From: Epithemia pelagica
Lineage: Eukaryota > Protista > Bacillariophyta
NCBI GenBank assembly: GCA_946965045.2
Contig: OX337234.1
Coordinates: 1,488,001-1,552,000, forward strand
Length of the DNA: 64,000 bases
Reading direction: 5' to 3'
Made by a program: the position numbers and the translations under genes. Below, in pieces: positions 19,220 through 29,095 of this stretch. The first letter of the stretch is position 1. Each line of letters begins with the position of its first letter. The notes below the pieces were generated by a model. The model saw nothing but the letters and a program-made list of their open reading frames with translations, did not search any database and was not told where the DNA came from.

Positions 19220-20221
19220 TACTGGTTGCTCGTAGAGGCATCGTTCATCAGTGTCATTGTCACGCGTACCGGTCTTTGAATACTAATGACTTCTTGGGGA
19301 GTACTATGAACTATGACTATTCTGGCCTTTAGACTCGTAGAGAGCAGTTTCTACCCCAGTGGTTGAGCTCTATTCGTACCTACTACCTAGGAGTAGTATT
19401 AATACTTCCCGGTGTCGAGTCCTTTCAAGGAGGGACCGCCCGGCGCGGAGGGTAGAATGACGAGGAGGGCAATGGTCGAGGAGGGCGCACGCCCGACAAG
19501 ACAATTGCCCGTCGAGTCATTCTCACGACAAGCCGGGCGTGCCCGACGCGAGAGGACGGCCAGACACAGGGAAGTAGTAAACTTACTCCCTATCAAGCTG
19601 TGTAGGTAGTGAGAAATTCCTGGAAGCCATGTCACAAATTGTCACACAAGTGTCACACAAGTGTCACACACGAGAGGGAAACCGCGCGACTCGCACGAAA
19701 CTACTTCACGGTCGTACAAAAAATTCCTACTGTAGTATAAAAATGTGAGACGAACTACCTACACAGTCTGGTATGGAGTTAGTACTCTACTCTACTAGCT
19801 AGAAGAATACGAGTCCTGGTCTCTGTGCACTTGTATCCCAAGAGAAAGGGAAAGTGGAATGACAAGACAGACCACACAACTCGTCGAATACGTAATACGG
19901 AAAACGAATACCTACGTATGATATCTTGATATCCGTATTAGTAAGCTATTCATCTCAATACACCACCAAGCACCATCAACCACAACCACCACCAACCAGA
20001 CATAATACGAGTACTAGTATCCGTATTATGTATTGTATTCTGATTCGAATACGAAAGAACATTGGAATATAGATATTCGCATCCGTATTACAATTAATTG
20101 TGTCCCCTCGAACGCAAGGCGATCCAAAGTTTCATATTGGGTGTGGCAATCGGCTAAAACAGGGAGAGGGGGGTCCAAAGACAGCAAAAGACACACCTCT
20201 TTTTCTTCTCTACGGCATGTC

Positions 20222-21337
20222 ATGAAGATGGACATCCGAGTTCGATTCGGCATGATGCTGATTGCGACCTGGGTGATGACATGGTCGACGGTGCAGTTTC
20301 AGCTGAATATACAGGAAAGGATATCCATAGAGGACGCCGTCCAAGCGGTGTCTCGGCCTCTTTCAGACAGTCCCTCGTTGGAGAGCGACGTCAACAGAGG
20401 AGGAGAACAACAATCACCAAGAGATTCTCGACTTCTCGTTGGGGTATTCTCCACCATCTATGATCACAAGATATACCGGACAAACTATCGAGATCTCGCA
20501 AAATTATCAAACGGTATCATGTGCAGTCTGAATGACTTTCAATCCACAAGTGTCGATTCTGATGCATGCCGTATCATTTACACATTTGTAGTTGCGGGAC
20601 GTGACAAGGGACCCACAAAATTTCTGGAACGAAACAAAAACGTTGCCATCCCTCGTCCAACTTTACAAGGACCCCTGCCGCCTGAGTTTTCGGACTTTGA
20701 AGCACAAAATGATTTTACTGTTTTGAATATCAAGGAGAATATGGAGGATGGCAAGTCCGAAACCTGGCTCAATTATGCTTCTCAAGTTGTGGAAGAGATA
20801 GGAGGAATAGACTACATTGCCAAAACGGACGGAGATACAATGCTTTATATCGACAAGTTTGTCCGGTATCTCGATGCATTCTTGCCTCCCTTTCCGTTTA
20901 ACTCAAACTTCATGATGGGAAAAGCTGCCAGAAAATACCTTTGGAAGTACAAGGAAAAGAAGGGAGCAATCCAATCCCTGAAACACCATTCCGACGGTGG
21001 TTCCGAGCTCGGACGTCTCCAACTTTACTTCCAAGGGCAGTTTTATGGCATGAGCCCCAATGTTGCAGCGGAGATTGTCCAAGAGGCCCAATTTGAACGA
21101 GTCAAAGCGTACAGAAATGGCTATGAGGATGCTGATATTAGTACAATGGCGGCTAATTTACCACACAGTCTCAACTATCTTTTCATCAAGTCTCCGGACC
21201 TCTTTTGGGAGCATCCCGTCAAGCTCAACAGCCTGGGACAGCAAGGGTTTGAAAAAGTGTGGAAGGATGAATTTGCTCGCCTTGCAATAGCTTGCAATAC
21301 CACACACATGATAGGGAAATGGTACCATGGACCATGA
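20222..21337 (+). CDS. Type II membrane glycosyltransferase (GT31-like), copy B
   Basis: Paralog of 14721-15812 in the opposite orientation. YIAKTDGDTML has an intact DxD. Homologous start is MKMDIRVR at 20222. Confidence 0.8.
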   Translation: MKMDIRVRFGMMLIATWVMTWSTVQFQLNIQERISIEDAVQAVSRPLSDSPSLESDVNRGGEQQSPRDSRLLVGVFSTIYDHKIYRTNYRDLAKLSNGIMCSLNDFQSTSVDSDACRIIYTFVVAGRDKGPTKFLERNKNVAIPRPTLQGPLPPEFSDFEAQNDFTVLNIKENMEDGKSETWLNYASQVVEEIGGIDYIAKTDGDTMLYIDKFVRYLDAFLPPFPFNSNFMMGKAARKYLWKYKEKKGAIQSLKHHSDGGSELGRLQLYFQGQFYGMSPNVAAEIVQEAQFERVKAYRNGYEDADISTMAANLPHSLNYLFIKSPDLFWEHPVKLNSLGQQGFEKVWKDEFARLAIACNTTHMIGKWYHGP

Positions 21338-21759
21338 TCCACAAAATGTCAACAACCACAAACGCGTGGCACATCACAATCCACATCTTACACAGAGTCA
21401 CATGAGTGAATATCAACGGTCTTGGCGAACTGGAACCGCAATTTAGTAGCTTCGAATGTGGAGACGTGACTGATGGGCTGCTTTTGTCACCTTTACTGAA
21501 GGGGAAATTGGAGTCGCATGGTCTATCGATCAACGGATTCTGTAGTCACTCCCTATCGGGGGTTGTTTTGAGGATTTTATATCAGGGCTACACACAATTA
21601 CATCCTCTTAGCCACCCCCGCTAGGGGATGACTCTGTGGTAAATACGAAGAGGACTACCGAAATTACCTAGCCACGATACTACCGAATGGTTTATAAGGA
21701 CATGCATCAGTAGCAGGAATTCCAGAACCAACAACTGATTACAATATATAACTTTCACC

Positions 21760-22668
21760 ATGGGACAAGTTCTATCTTTTGCGGAAGGTGTCTGCACTGG
21801 GATGATCGCTGGAGGGAATTTCTGCGGTGAAACCCAGCAAGTCTTGAACACTACCAGCACGAAATCCGTGTTTTCCGCACTCATCACTGAGCTGAAGCGA
21901 CTATCTAAAAACGAAAATGCAAGACTTGTTGGAGCCTACGGAGGAGTGTACTTGAATGCTACACAAAGCCCTGTTTTGCAAAAGCTCACCAATATGCCGG
22001 GGGATGGGTACCTCCCAGGGAAAACTTATGTCATCTGGGCAAGGGCGGAAAACGGGAAGTCTGCCGCGTTGCAGGACTTTATCGAAAATCATTTAGACAA
22101 TGGTCGAGCTGGTCTGTACATAAATGTGGAAAAGTCCATCAACATCGTTGAGGCGATTCAGCAACAATTGAGCACGACACGCAATAGCGGAGACATCGTA
22201 GATGCCTTGGTGTCAGCAAGAGATGCGAAAGGCCCGCGAAGGCCAAAGTCGTTCTTGGTTATCGATGAGGTGAATGTCTCAGACGGGGGCTTGGACGGGG
22301 TTGGAGCGACCATGAGCTTCATTCAAAACTTATTTCAGACAGTTGCCGATGATCGGTCCATTACCTGTATAATTTCATCAAACAGAAGAGAAACGGCAAG
22401 TGCTCTGGTGAAACTTAACGGTGGGAAAATCATTCCACACAGTTGTTTTACGTCGGTACCGTGGCAGCAAGGTCAGGACGATATTGAGTGGGCAGATTTT
22501 AACTGGACAGTACCGCAACTCGAAGCTCTCCTTCAATTGAAACATCCTAATGCTCCCTTAGGTTACGGCTTTCTTCAGAACCGACGCGGAATCAGTCCGG
22601 GAGATGCCATTTCTACATACGAAGCAAAGTTGGAACTTGGAACTCCGCACGACATATTAACACGATGA
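21760..22668 (+). CDS. P-loop NTPase (AAA+/STAND-like)
   Basis: Walker A-like WARAENGKS and Walker B FLVIDEV in a 302-aa ORF. Confidence 0.7.
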   Translation: MGQVLSFAEGVCTGMIAGGNFCGETQQVLNTTSTKSVFSALITELKRLSKNENARLVGAYGGVYLNATQSPVLQKLTNMPGDGYLPGKTYVIWARAENGKSAALQDFIENHLDNGRAGLYINVEKSINIVEAIQQQLSTTRNSGDIVDALVSARDAKGPRRPKSFLVIDEVNVSDGGLDGVGATMSFIQNLFQTVADDRSITCIISSNRRETASALVKLNGGKIIPHSCFTSVPWQQGQDDIEWADFNWTVPQLEALLQLKHPNAPLGYGFLQNRRGISPGDAISTYEAKLELGTPHDILTR

Positions 22669-23077
22669 AACACTCATTTTATGACTGAATTTCCCTATAT
22701 GTTTTTTGTCCGGACACCATCGGACGTGTTCTGATGGAACAGTCGATGTACTTAGCTATCATGGAGTTTTTTCACGTGCGACGTGCTCTGGGTCTCCATT
22801 GTAATACGGCAACAGACCCACGTCCACTTTCTTCCGTTTCGCCTGCTTTCCGTGAATGTTCGAACATTCGTGGTACAGATCCTCGGGATCTATATCACCT
22901 CTGTCATTGTCGCAACAAGCCGATATCCTGTTGCTCGAAGTCATACGCAGCGAAGAGTTGATGCTTCACTATGGTCAACTTGGTTCAATGATGCGGCTAA
23001 CGACGAAAAGGAAGATAAAAACAAGATACCTTCTCTCATTTTTTCTAAAGTAGTGTGCATGTTTCTTGGTCGGGGCC

Positions 23078-23233
23078 TGAAAAGGGAATGGTTTGTAAAA
23101 TTATAACTAGTAAACGTATTACGAAAAAGAGTAGGGCCTAAAGATATGGTGTGCGTTGGCACTGACTTGGTACTGACGATTGCGAGTCTGACGTAGGGCT
23201 AAGGGGTAACCATTAGGTCGCTCTCCCTTGTCA
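23078..23233 (-). repeat. 3' LTR (156 bp)
   Basis: Starts TGACAAGGG and ends CCCTTTTCA on the sense strand. Preceded by the polypurine tract. Confidence 0.93.
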
Positions 23234-23242
23234 CTCCCTCTC
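23234..23242 (-). promoter_or_regulatory. Polypurine tract (GAGAGGGAG)
   Basis: Purine run abutting the 3' LTR on the sense strand. Confidence 0.8.
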
Positions 23243-23323
23243 AGACGAGCATTCGGATGAGAACATGCAAGTAGATTGTAAATGTAGTGATGAAAATAAA
23301 AGAAAAGGGAATGAAATGGCGTC

Positions 23324-26300
23324 TCACCACCCACAGAGCAGTTTTCGAATGCTTTCGAAGGTCGCTTGGGTGAGGCCTTTGGTAAGGATATCGGCACGTT
23401 GTTGGGTCGTATCCACTTTGACAATTTTAAGTCGTTCGCTCAAATGAGAACGAAACCAATGAGTCTTCACCGCGTAATATTTGGATCTAGGAGTGATCCG
23501 ACCGGGTTCCATATTTGCGAGCGTCAAGGCTCCTGCATTGTCCTCCCAAACGGTGGTTTTGAAAGTTGTTTTGTAATCTTCTGGTAGACCGACTCCTCGT
23601 GCCACATGAGTTAAGAGTTCTTGTAAGGGAAGAACTGACTTCAAGGCTTCACTGAGGGCATTATATTCGGCCTCCATTGTACTTAAGGCGATCGATGATT
23701 GTAGCTTACTGGTCCAGATAACAGGACAGTTGGCAATACAAATCGCAAATCCTGTACGGCTCTTGACACACGTTGGGTCAAGTTTGTCTTCGTACGGCCA
23801 TAGTACGGCAAAGTCGGCATCCACGAAACAGTCCACATCCAAATTGGTACTGGGCTTAAGTATTAGGCCTTGGTCCTGTGTATGCTTCAGATACTGGCCG
23901 ATTTTCTCAAGCGCTTCTTCGTGGGATCGCTTTGGGCTGAATGTAAAACGGGCACACTGACTGACGGCATAAGTAATGTCCGGTCGGCTGTGGGCATGTA
24001 AATATTGTAGCATCCCAACCACGCTGGCGAAATTATAGCGTCCTTGTGGTGGTGCTCCATTCTTGTTTTCCACAAGTGGTTTTGACAGAGCGGGTGTACA
24101 GCTACGCTCAAGGTCACCAACTTGTAGGGCTTCCAAGATTCGCTTGGTTAAGCCTTTCTGTGTAAGCTTGATGGTTCCATTCGAGTCATCCCTTTCAATA
24201 TGAACTCCTAGGAACCCTGCCACACTTCCTTCGACTTCTAGTTCGGCATGTTCGTCGGACTTCAACTTGTCGAGGATTTCGTCGATATATTCTCGCTTGG
24301 GGCTATAGAAGAGGATATCATCCACATAGACCACCGCGATCACTCGTTCGGAGATAAAGAGACATGGGTCAACTGCGTCTTGGGAAACAAATCCGACGCG
24401 TTCTAATTGCCCTTTAAAATGTAAAAAGAAGTTCCTTGGGGCTTGTTTGAGGCCATATAAGGACCGGATGAGTTTGAGAACTTTACCGTCCTGGCCAAAT
24501 CCCCGAGGCATTTCGACGTAGACGCCGCTTCGTTCGCGTTCTTGTCGAGTCATGGAATTCCAGTTGGGATCTCGATCAATTGGTGCATGTAGAAATGCGG
24601 CAGTGTAGTCCACTTGGACCGTTGCAAGGTTCAACACTATCGATAGGATCAACATGAGACGAACGGTGGTCCAATTAACCACAGGGGCAAACGTCTCAAA
24701 GAAGTCAATTCCTTCGACTTGGAAATCGCCGCGAGCACAGAAGCGTGCTTTGAGTTTCTTTACTGAGCCATCGGGATAGCGTTTCCTTTTAAACGCCCAT
24801 GTAGAAGGGATGACATTCATCCAGTCCTGGCGGTCGACGACCTCCCAGGCTTTCATCAGGCGTGACAAGGTGTCAATCTCCTTTTTACAGGCTTCCATAA
24901 AGCCAGCTGCGTCCGGTCCGTTCATGGCATCATGCCATCTAGGGTTGTCCGCTGCATCGGCCTTAGTTACTAGCATCATGGGATGCATAGCTTCCATAGT
25001 TCCCGTCCTTACGTCCATGTGGAGTGCCATGAGACGTCCCAATAGGGTTGAGGTTGTAGACTTGAGTTCGTGAATGGCCGTGCTCCAATCCAATCGTGCC
25101 AAGAATGCATCGTTGAGGGAGTCACGTTTCACTTTCGTCCGCGCATACGTTTCAGACTCATGGGGAAAGTGGGAGAGTGCAGCCCACCGTGCTTGCGAGA
25201 AGCTTGCATACTTGGGATTAGGCTTGCGAGTCCTCTTACCACGACCAAAAGTCATCTCGTCTGGCTGTTCAAAGTGTTGCTTTCGTCTGGCTTTCTCGTT
25301 TTCTCGTTCATCTTCCTCATCAAACACGACAACTTCATCCGCCGAATCCATTGTTGTGTTGTTGCCATCGTCCCACACTCCTTCCATCTGCCATTCTGGC
25401 ATGTGGAGGCCATCATTAGGATCAACAGGAGCTTGAGGTCCATTTGGGTCCACATTGTCCAGGGGAAATTGGTGAGGGAAAAGAGGTTCAGGAGGAGGAA
25501 CAGAGTCGTCGTCAGGAGCGAAAATGGGATCGGGACCTGGAGCGGCCTCAGCATCCATTGCCTCTCCCTCTGGAGCTAAAGGGGCCACGGCTCCCTCTGG
25601 AGCCAAGGGTGGTGGCGGAAGAACTGGCTGGGGGATAGGGAGGCCGTTGATACGTTCGGCCTCAGTTTGTTGGCGCTGTAGGGCGTCCAATTCCTCGTTC
25701 GTTAGCCAGTCGTGGTGGAGAGGCGGCGGTTCGGGTTCTCCATCGTAATCGCCGTCGTCCAACCGTTCTAGACCTGTAGCAAGAAGGGTATCCCAAAAGG
25801 GGCCGGTAAAGACATCGGGCTGGAGGGCGCCTCCAGTTTCAGCATTAGGTACACTTGAGAAAAGGTCGTCATAGACCACATGGAATTGGGGACTGACGAA
25901 TCCCGTTGCCAAATTAAGGATAAGGCCCACGGTACTAGAGTGGTTGGGGGACACTCCCAGATATTGCCCTCGTCGAGAACGCGGATGCCACTTGGGAAGT
26001 TTCTTGCCGTCTTGGATCGAAGGGTCTAAGACATAAACAGGGCAACCCCACACATGACTGCGTTGGAGGTGATGCAAGGTAGGGAAAGTAGTACCGCTAA
26101 ACAATTCCAATGGGGCAATAAAGGTGCCACGCTTGGGAAGGTTGTTCCACAGCCAGACGGCGTGTCGTAGTGCAAAGGGCCACAGGCTCAAATCGTGTGC
26201 ATGTTCGGGCCAGTGAAGAACCGCATGAAGCATCATTGTGCGGGCCCAATTCGTTACAGTTTGGATGCCACGTTCGGCAACACCGTTTTGGTGATGTGCC

Positions 26301-26971
26301 CCGACACCCGAAAAAGAAAGGGTCTGGTTGGCCGCATCGACAGCCTCGACAAATTTGGCATTCCCAAAGGGTTTGTTATCCACAAGGTAAGACTTGACAG
26401 TGACACCATGGTCGAGGGCATAACGTTCGAATTCCAGTTTAGCTTCAACGGTCTCGCCAGTGTTGAGGGACACTTGGTGCACACAGTACATAAGACCAGA
26501 AGCATGGTCCACGAATAATGTACCACCCGTGTACTGATCTTTCTTGGGTTCTTTGCCTCGAGTATGGGGCAAACGACCAGTCAAAGGCGACTGGTATTGA
26601 TCAATGCTGACACAGTCACCTGGTGCTAGATTATCTGACTTAGTGACCATTTGACGTCCTTCTTTTGTGTTCGCGTGTTGAGTGTTCGCACCACGGCGTC
26701 GTTGTTTTCCTAACTGACAGGCGGTACAACGAAGATTCCGCGTCGGGCAATTCGACACATGGTCATGTCGAGTATGCAGGACGCGTCGTCGGTCCACCTT
26801 TGGATCGCGACAAAGATCTTGGATCCACTCAAAATTCGCGTGCCCAAGACGCCAGTGCCAAGAGAGCAATTCTCGCTGCGCCGCGGTTACATTCTGATTG
26901 GTTTCAGCAGCCACTGACATGAAGGCCTCTATTTCTTGGATGGACATCACGTCTTCAAAAGACAAACCCAT
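23324..26971 (-). CDS. copia pol: GAG-pre-integrase, integrase, reverse transcriptase, RNase H (no protease motif seen)
   Basis: WHWRLGH...CTACQLGK, SIDQY / VDNKPF / NGVAER (DDE), LKARFCARGD, SLYGLKQAPR, YVDDIL, CFVDADFA, STMEAEY and RADILTK. Confidence 0.93.
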   Translation of the reverse strand: MGLSFEDVMSIQEIEAFMSVAAETNQNVTAAQRELLSWHWRLGHANFEWIQDLCRDPKVDRRRVLHTRHDHVSNCPTRNLRCTACQLGKQRRRGANTQHANTKEGRQMVTKSDNLAPGDCVSIDQYQSPLTGRLPHTRGKEPKKDQYTGGTLFVDHASGLMYCVHQVSLNTGETVEAKLEFERYALDHGVTVKSYLVDNKPFGNAKFVEAVDAANQTLSFSGVGAHHQNGVAERGIQTVTNWARTMMLHAVLHWPEHAHDLSLWPFALRHAVWLWNNLPKRGTFIAPLELFSGTTFPTLHHLQRSHVWGCPVYVLDPSIQDGKKLPKWHPRSRRGQYLGVSPNHSSTVGLILNLATGFVSPQFHVVYDDLFSSVPNAETGGALQPDVFTGPFWDTLLATGLERLDDGDYDGEPEPPPLHHDWLTNEELDALQRQQTEAERINGLPIPQPVLPPPPLAPEGAVAPLAPEGEAMDAEAAPGPDPIFAPDDDSVPPPEPLFPHQFPLDNVDPNGPQAPVDPNDGLHMPEWQMEGVWDDGNNTTMDSADEVVVFDEEDERENEKARRKQHFEQPDEMTFGRGKRTRKPNPKYASFSQARWAALSHFPHESETYARTKVKRDSLNDAFLARLDWSTAIHELKSTTSTLLGRLMALHMDVRTGTMEAMHPMMLVTKADAADNPRWHDAMNGPDAAGFMEACKKEIDTLSRLMKAWEVVDRQDWMNVIPSTWAFKRKRYPDGSVKKLKARFCARGDFQVEGIDFFETFAPVVNWTTVRLMLILSIVLNLATVQVDYTAAFLHAPIDRDPNWNSMTRQERERSGVYVEMPRGFGQDGKVLKLIRSLYGLKQAPRNFFLHFKGQLERVGFVSQDAVDPCLFISERVIAVVYVDDILFYSPKREYIDEILDKLKSDEHAELEVEGSVAGFLGVHIERDDSNGTIKLTQKGLTKRILEALQVGDLERSCTPALSKPLVENKNGAPPQGRYNFASVVGMLQYLHAHSRPDITYAVSQCARFTFSPKRSHEEALEKIGQYLKHTQDQGLILKPSTNLDVDCFVDADFAVLWPYEDKLDPTCVKSRTGFAICIANCPVIWTSKLQSSIALSTMEAEYNALSEALKSVLPLQELLTHVARGVGLPEDYKTTFKTTVWEDNAGALTLANMEPGRITPRSKYYAVKTHWFRSHLSERLKIVKVDTTQQRADILTKGLTQATFESIRKLLCGW

Positions 26972-27223
26972 CTATGAGGCGAAAAAGGTACGCCTTCCAC
27001 CACCTCCCTCTCGCGAACGAGGCACAACGGACAAAATCAAGACCAAAAGGGGGAAAAGAATGAGGGATCCAGGATCGGGTGACACCAGGACGCTGGCTTC
27101 AGACCAAAGCGAAAATCCACACACAAACAACAACCAAACAAAGGAGAAAAGAACCCAGGTATCCCTCCTGGGAACGCAACAATGAAACAGGTGGCCTACA
27201 TCGACTAGTCGACGGCCACACCA

Positions 27224-28683
27224 TCACGGGAGGGCTTGAAACTGCGCCATCAACGTGTGGACAGTGCGCTCAATGGCCCGACGATTATTGGCTTCGTCGA
27301 GACCAGGGGAACCAGTGGATTCTGCAATCTGCACACGCCGGGAGGACCCGCCAGGAGGATTGTTGGCGGCAGTCGGAGGAGGAGTGGTGGCCAGTGCGAC
27401 CCAACGCTTCGTGTCGGCATTCCAGGACATGGATTTGCCATCGATGACACGACGATTATTCTCGTCAGGAGTAGGGGCTCGCCACTTGTGACGGCGCGAC
27501 CCAGACCCAGAACCGGAGGATCCCGAATTGCCGGACTTGTTCTTTGCCTCGTTGAACTTCTTGCGATTGGCTTCAATAAGCGCCTCATTGCGCGGCTTCA
27601 GACAGTCTTTAAGGGTGTGACTTCCACCACAATTCCAGCAAATAGGGCCTTTACGATTACCACTAGGTTTAGAATCGGGATCAACGGCAGGGAAGGATGA
27701 CGGGCTGCCGCGGGTTTTAGCGCCAGTCCAATCGTTGGACCGACAAAGAGCTAGATACTCTTGCTCAGCAAGATCCAAGAGAGACTCCACCTTGGGGATC
27801 GTAAATTGGGCTTGGACGGTAGAACCTGAACGAGAAAGGGCAGTCGCAATACGAGCCTGGCTTTCGATCAGTTCGAAAACCTTGTTGAACTTGTCCACAG
27901 AACTTGTCTGCAGAACAGTCAGAACGGTCTTGTCAAAGTCTTCGGGAATCGTTTCGATGGCTTCCAACCGCTCACAAGCGCCCAAAATAAGACTCACAAC
28001 TTTGGAGACGTTTTCTCCACGAACTTTAGAGATCTTGAGGTTCTCCACCGTCTCTACTAGCGACTTAGTCGCTTGTTCAGTATGGGTGACTAGCAACTTC
28101 ATCATAATAATGAACACCAAGGGACCGCCTTGTTGCTCCGTCTTGTACCGTTTGTAGCGCTCATAGACTTTAGTCCAGAGCGTGTTCTTCATACTAACCT
28201 CAAGCTGTTTAGCGGTCAGCATGAGATTCTCGCGATACCAGCTTTTCTTCGGCCAAGTAGAGTACCACTCATTGCTCAATGCGACCTGTTCTTCCGTAAG
28301 ATCGGAATAATACGAATAAAGGTCTTTCGGTTGGTGAATCTGGTCAGTCTTCAATGAGGGACCTGTGCCATCAGGTGTCACAATCATAAAGACGTCATGC
28401 ATATCATACATGATATGCTGACTCTTCAACCTTGAGACCATCAAGTTGAGGTTATAGCATTCTTCGAGTTGCTTCACGTCCGTAATGTTGGTAGACAGAA
28501 GGTCGAATTTGGCTGGGGTAGAAGTTGAAGCCTTGGCAAAGAGTTCTGACGCTTCTCTGCGCCCATCCCTTCACGGTCTTCTTTCTTGAACAATGCGGTT
28601 TCCACGTTCTGTGCTGGCGTCGCTTGATCGTTAACCTCAATGGTCTCGCCATTGATCACAATGGGGGCTGTAGTACTGGACAT
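27224..28683 (-). pseudogene. copia gag with a 1-nt frameshift near 28545
   Basis: ORF 28474..28683 joins ORF 27224..28477 if one base is added (RQN-LFAKASTS...). Zinc knuckle CWNCGGSHTLKDC. Confidence 0.8.
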
Positions 28684-28980
28684 TATGCTACTAGCTACGC
28701 TTACAGTATCTTACCACCCTGCTTCAGAATCCAAATCGGAGTCTCGTAATAGGTTCAGAAGGTCTTGAAGTGTTTCCATTCACCGCAAAACTGCAGCTGC
28801 TCTTCTTTTCGTCGTGTCTTCGATGCTCACCGTTTATATAAACGGGCTCTCGTGGTTCTTGCAATTCGGTAGGACTTGGGGACTTCAACGGGCTCTTTCC
28901 GACGGCTTTTTCTCAACGTCAAGGTCCGGTTTTCTCCTCTTTCGCAACCAAATTGTGTGTTATTTTACGTACGTGATACT

Positions 28981-28993
28981 TGGGCTCATAACC
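28981..28993 (-). promoter_or_regulatory. Primer-binding site GGTTATGAGCCCA (complementary to the initiator tRNA-Met anticodon arm)
   Basis: Abuts the 5' LTR. Contains the complement of CAU and differs at one position from the Drosophila copia half-tRNA PBS (GGTTATGGGCCCA). Confidence 0.8.
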
Positions 28994-29090
28994 TGAAAAG
29001 GGAATGGTTTGTAAAATTATAACTAGTAAACGACGATTGCGAGTCTGACGTAGGGCTAAGGGGTCACCATTAGGTCGCTCTCCCTTGTCA
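28994..29090 (-). repeat. 5' LTR (97 bp; lacks 59 bp present in the 3' LTR)
   Basis: Matches 23078-23233 except for loss of 23117-23175 and one substitution. Confidence 0.92.
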
Positions 29091-29095
29091 GGGCC

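Larger units (their letters stand above)
23078..29090 (-). mobile_element. Ty1/copia LTR retrotransposon (CoDi-like), defective
   Basis: TG...CA LTRs at 23078-23233 and 28994-29090. 5-bp TSD GGGCC at 23073-77 and 29091-95. PBS and PPT present. Domain order is gag, IN, RT, RH. Confidence 0.95.

Noticed and set aside
19630-19672. Short 11-bp tandem (tgtcacacaag)
   Set aside because: Only 3-4 degenerate units and nothing to support a function.
21406-21624. 72-aa ORF upstream of the ATPase
   Set aside because: Stops separate it from 21760 and I could not find a convincing intron joining them.
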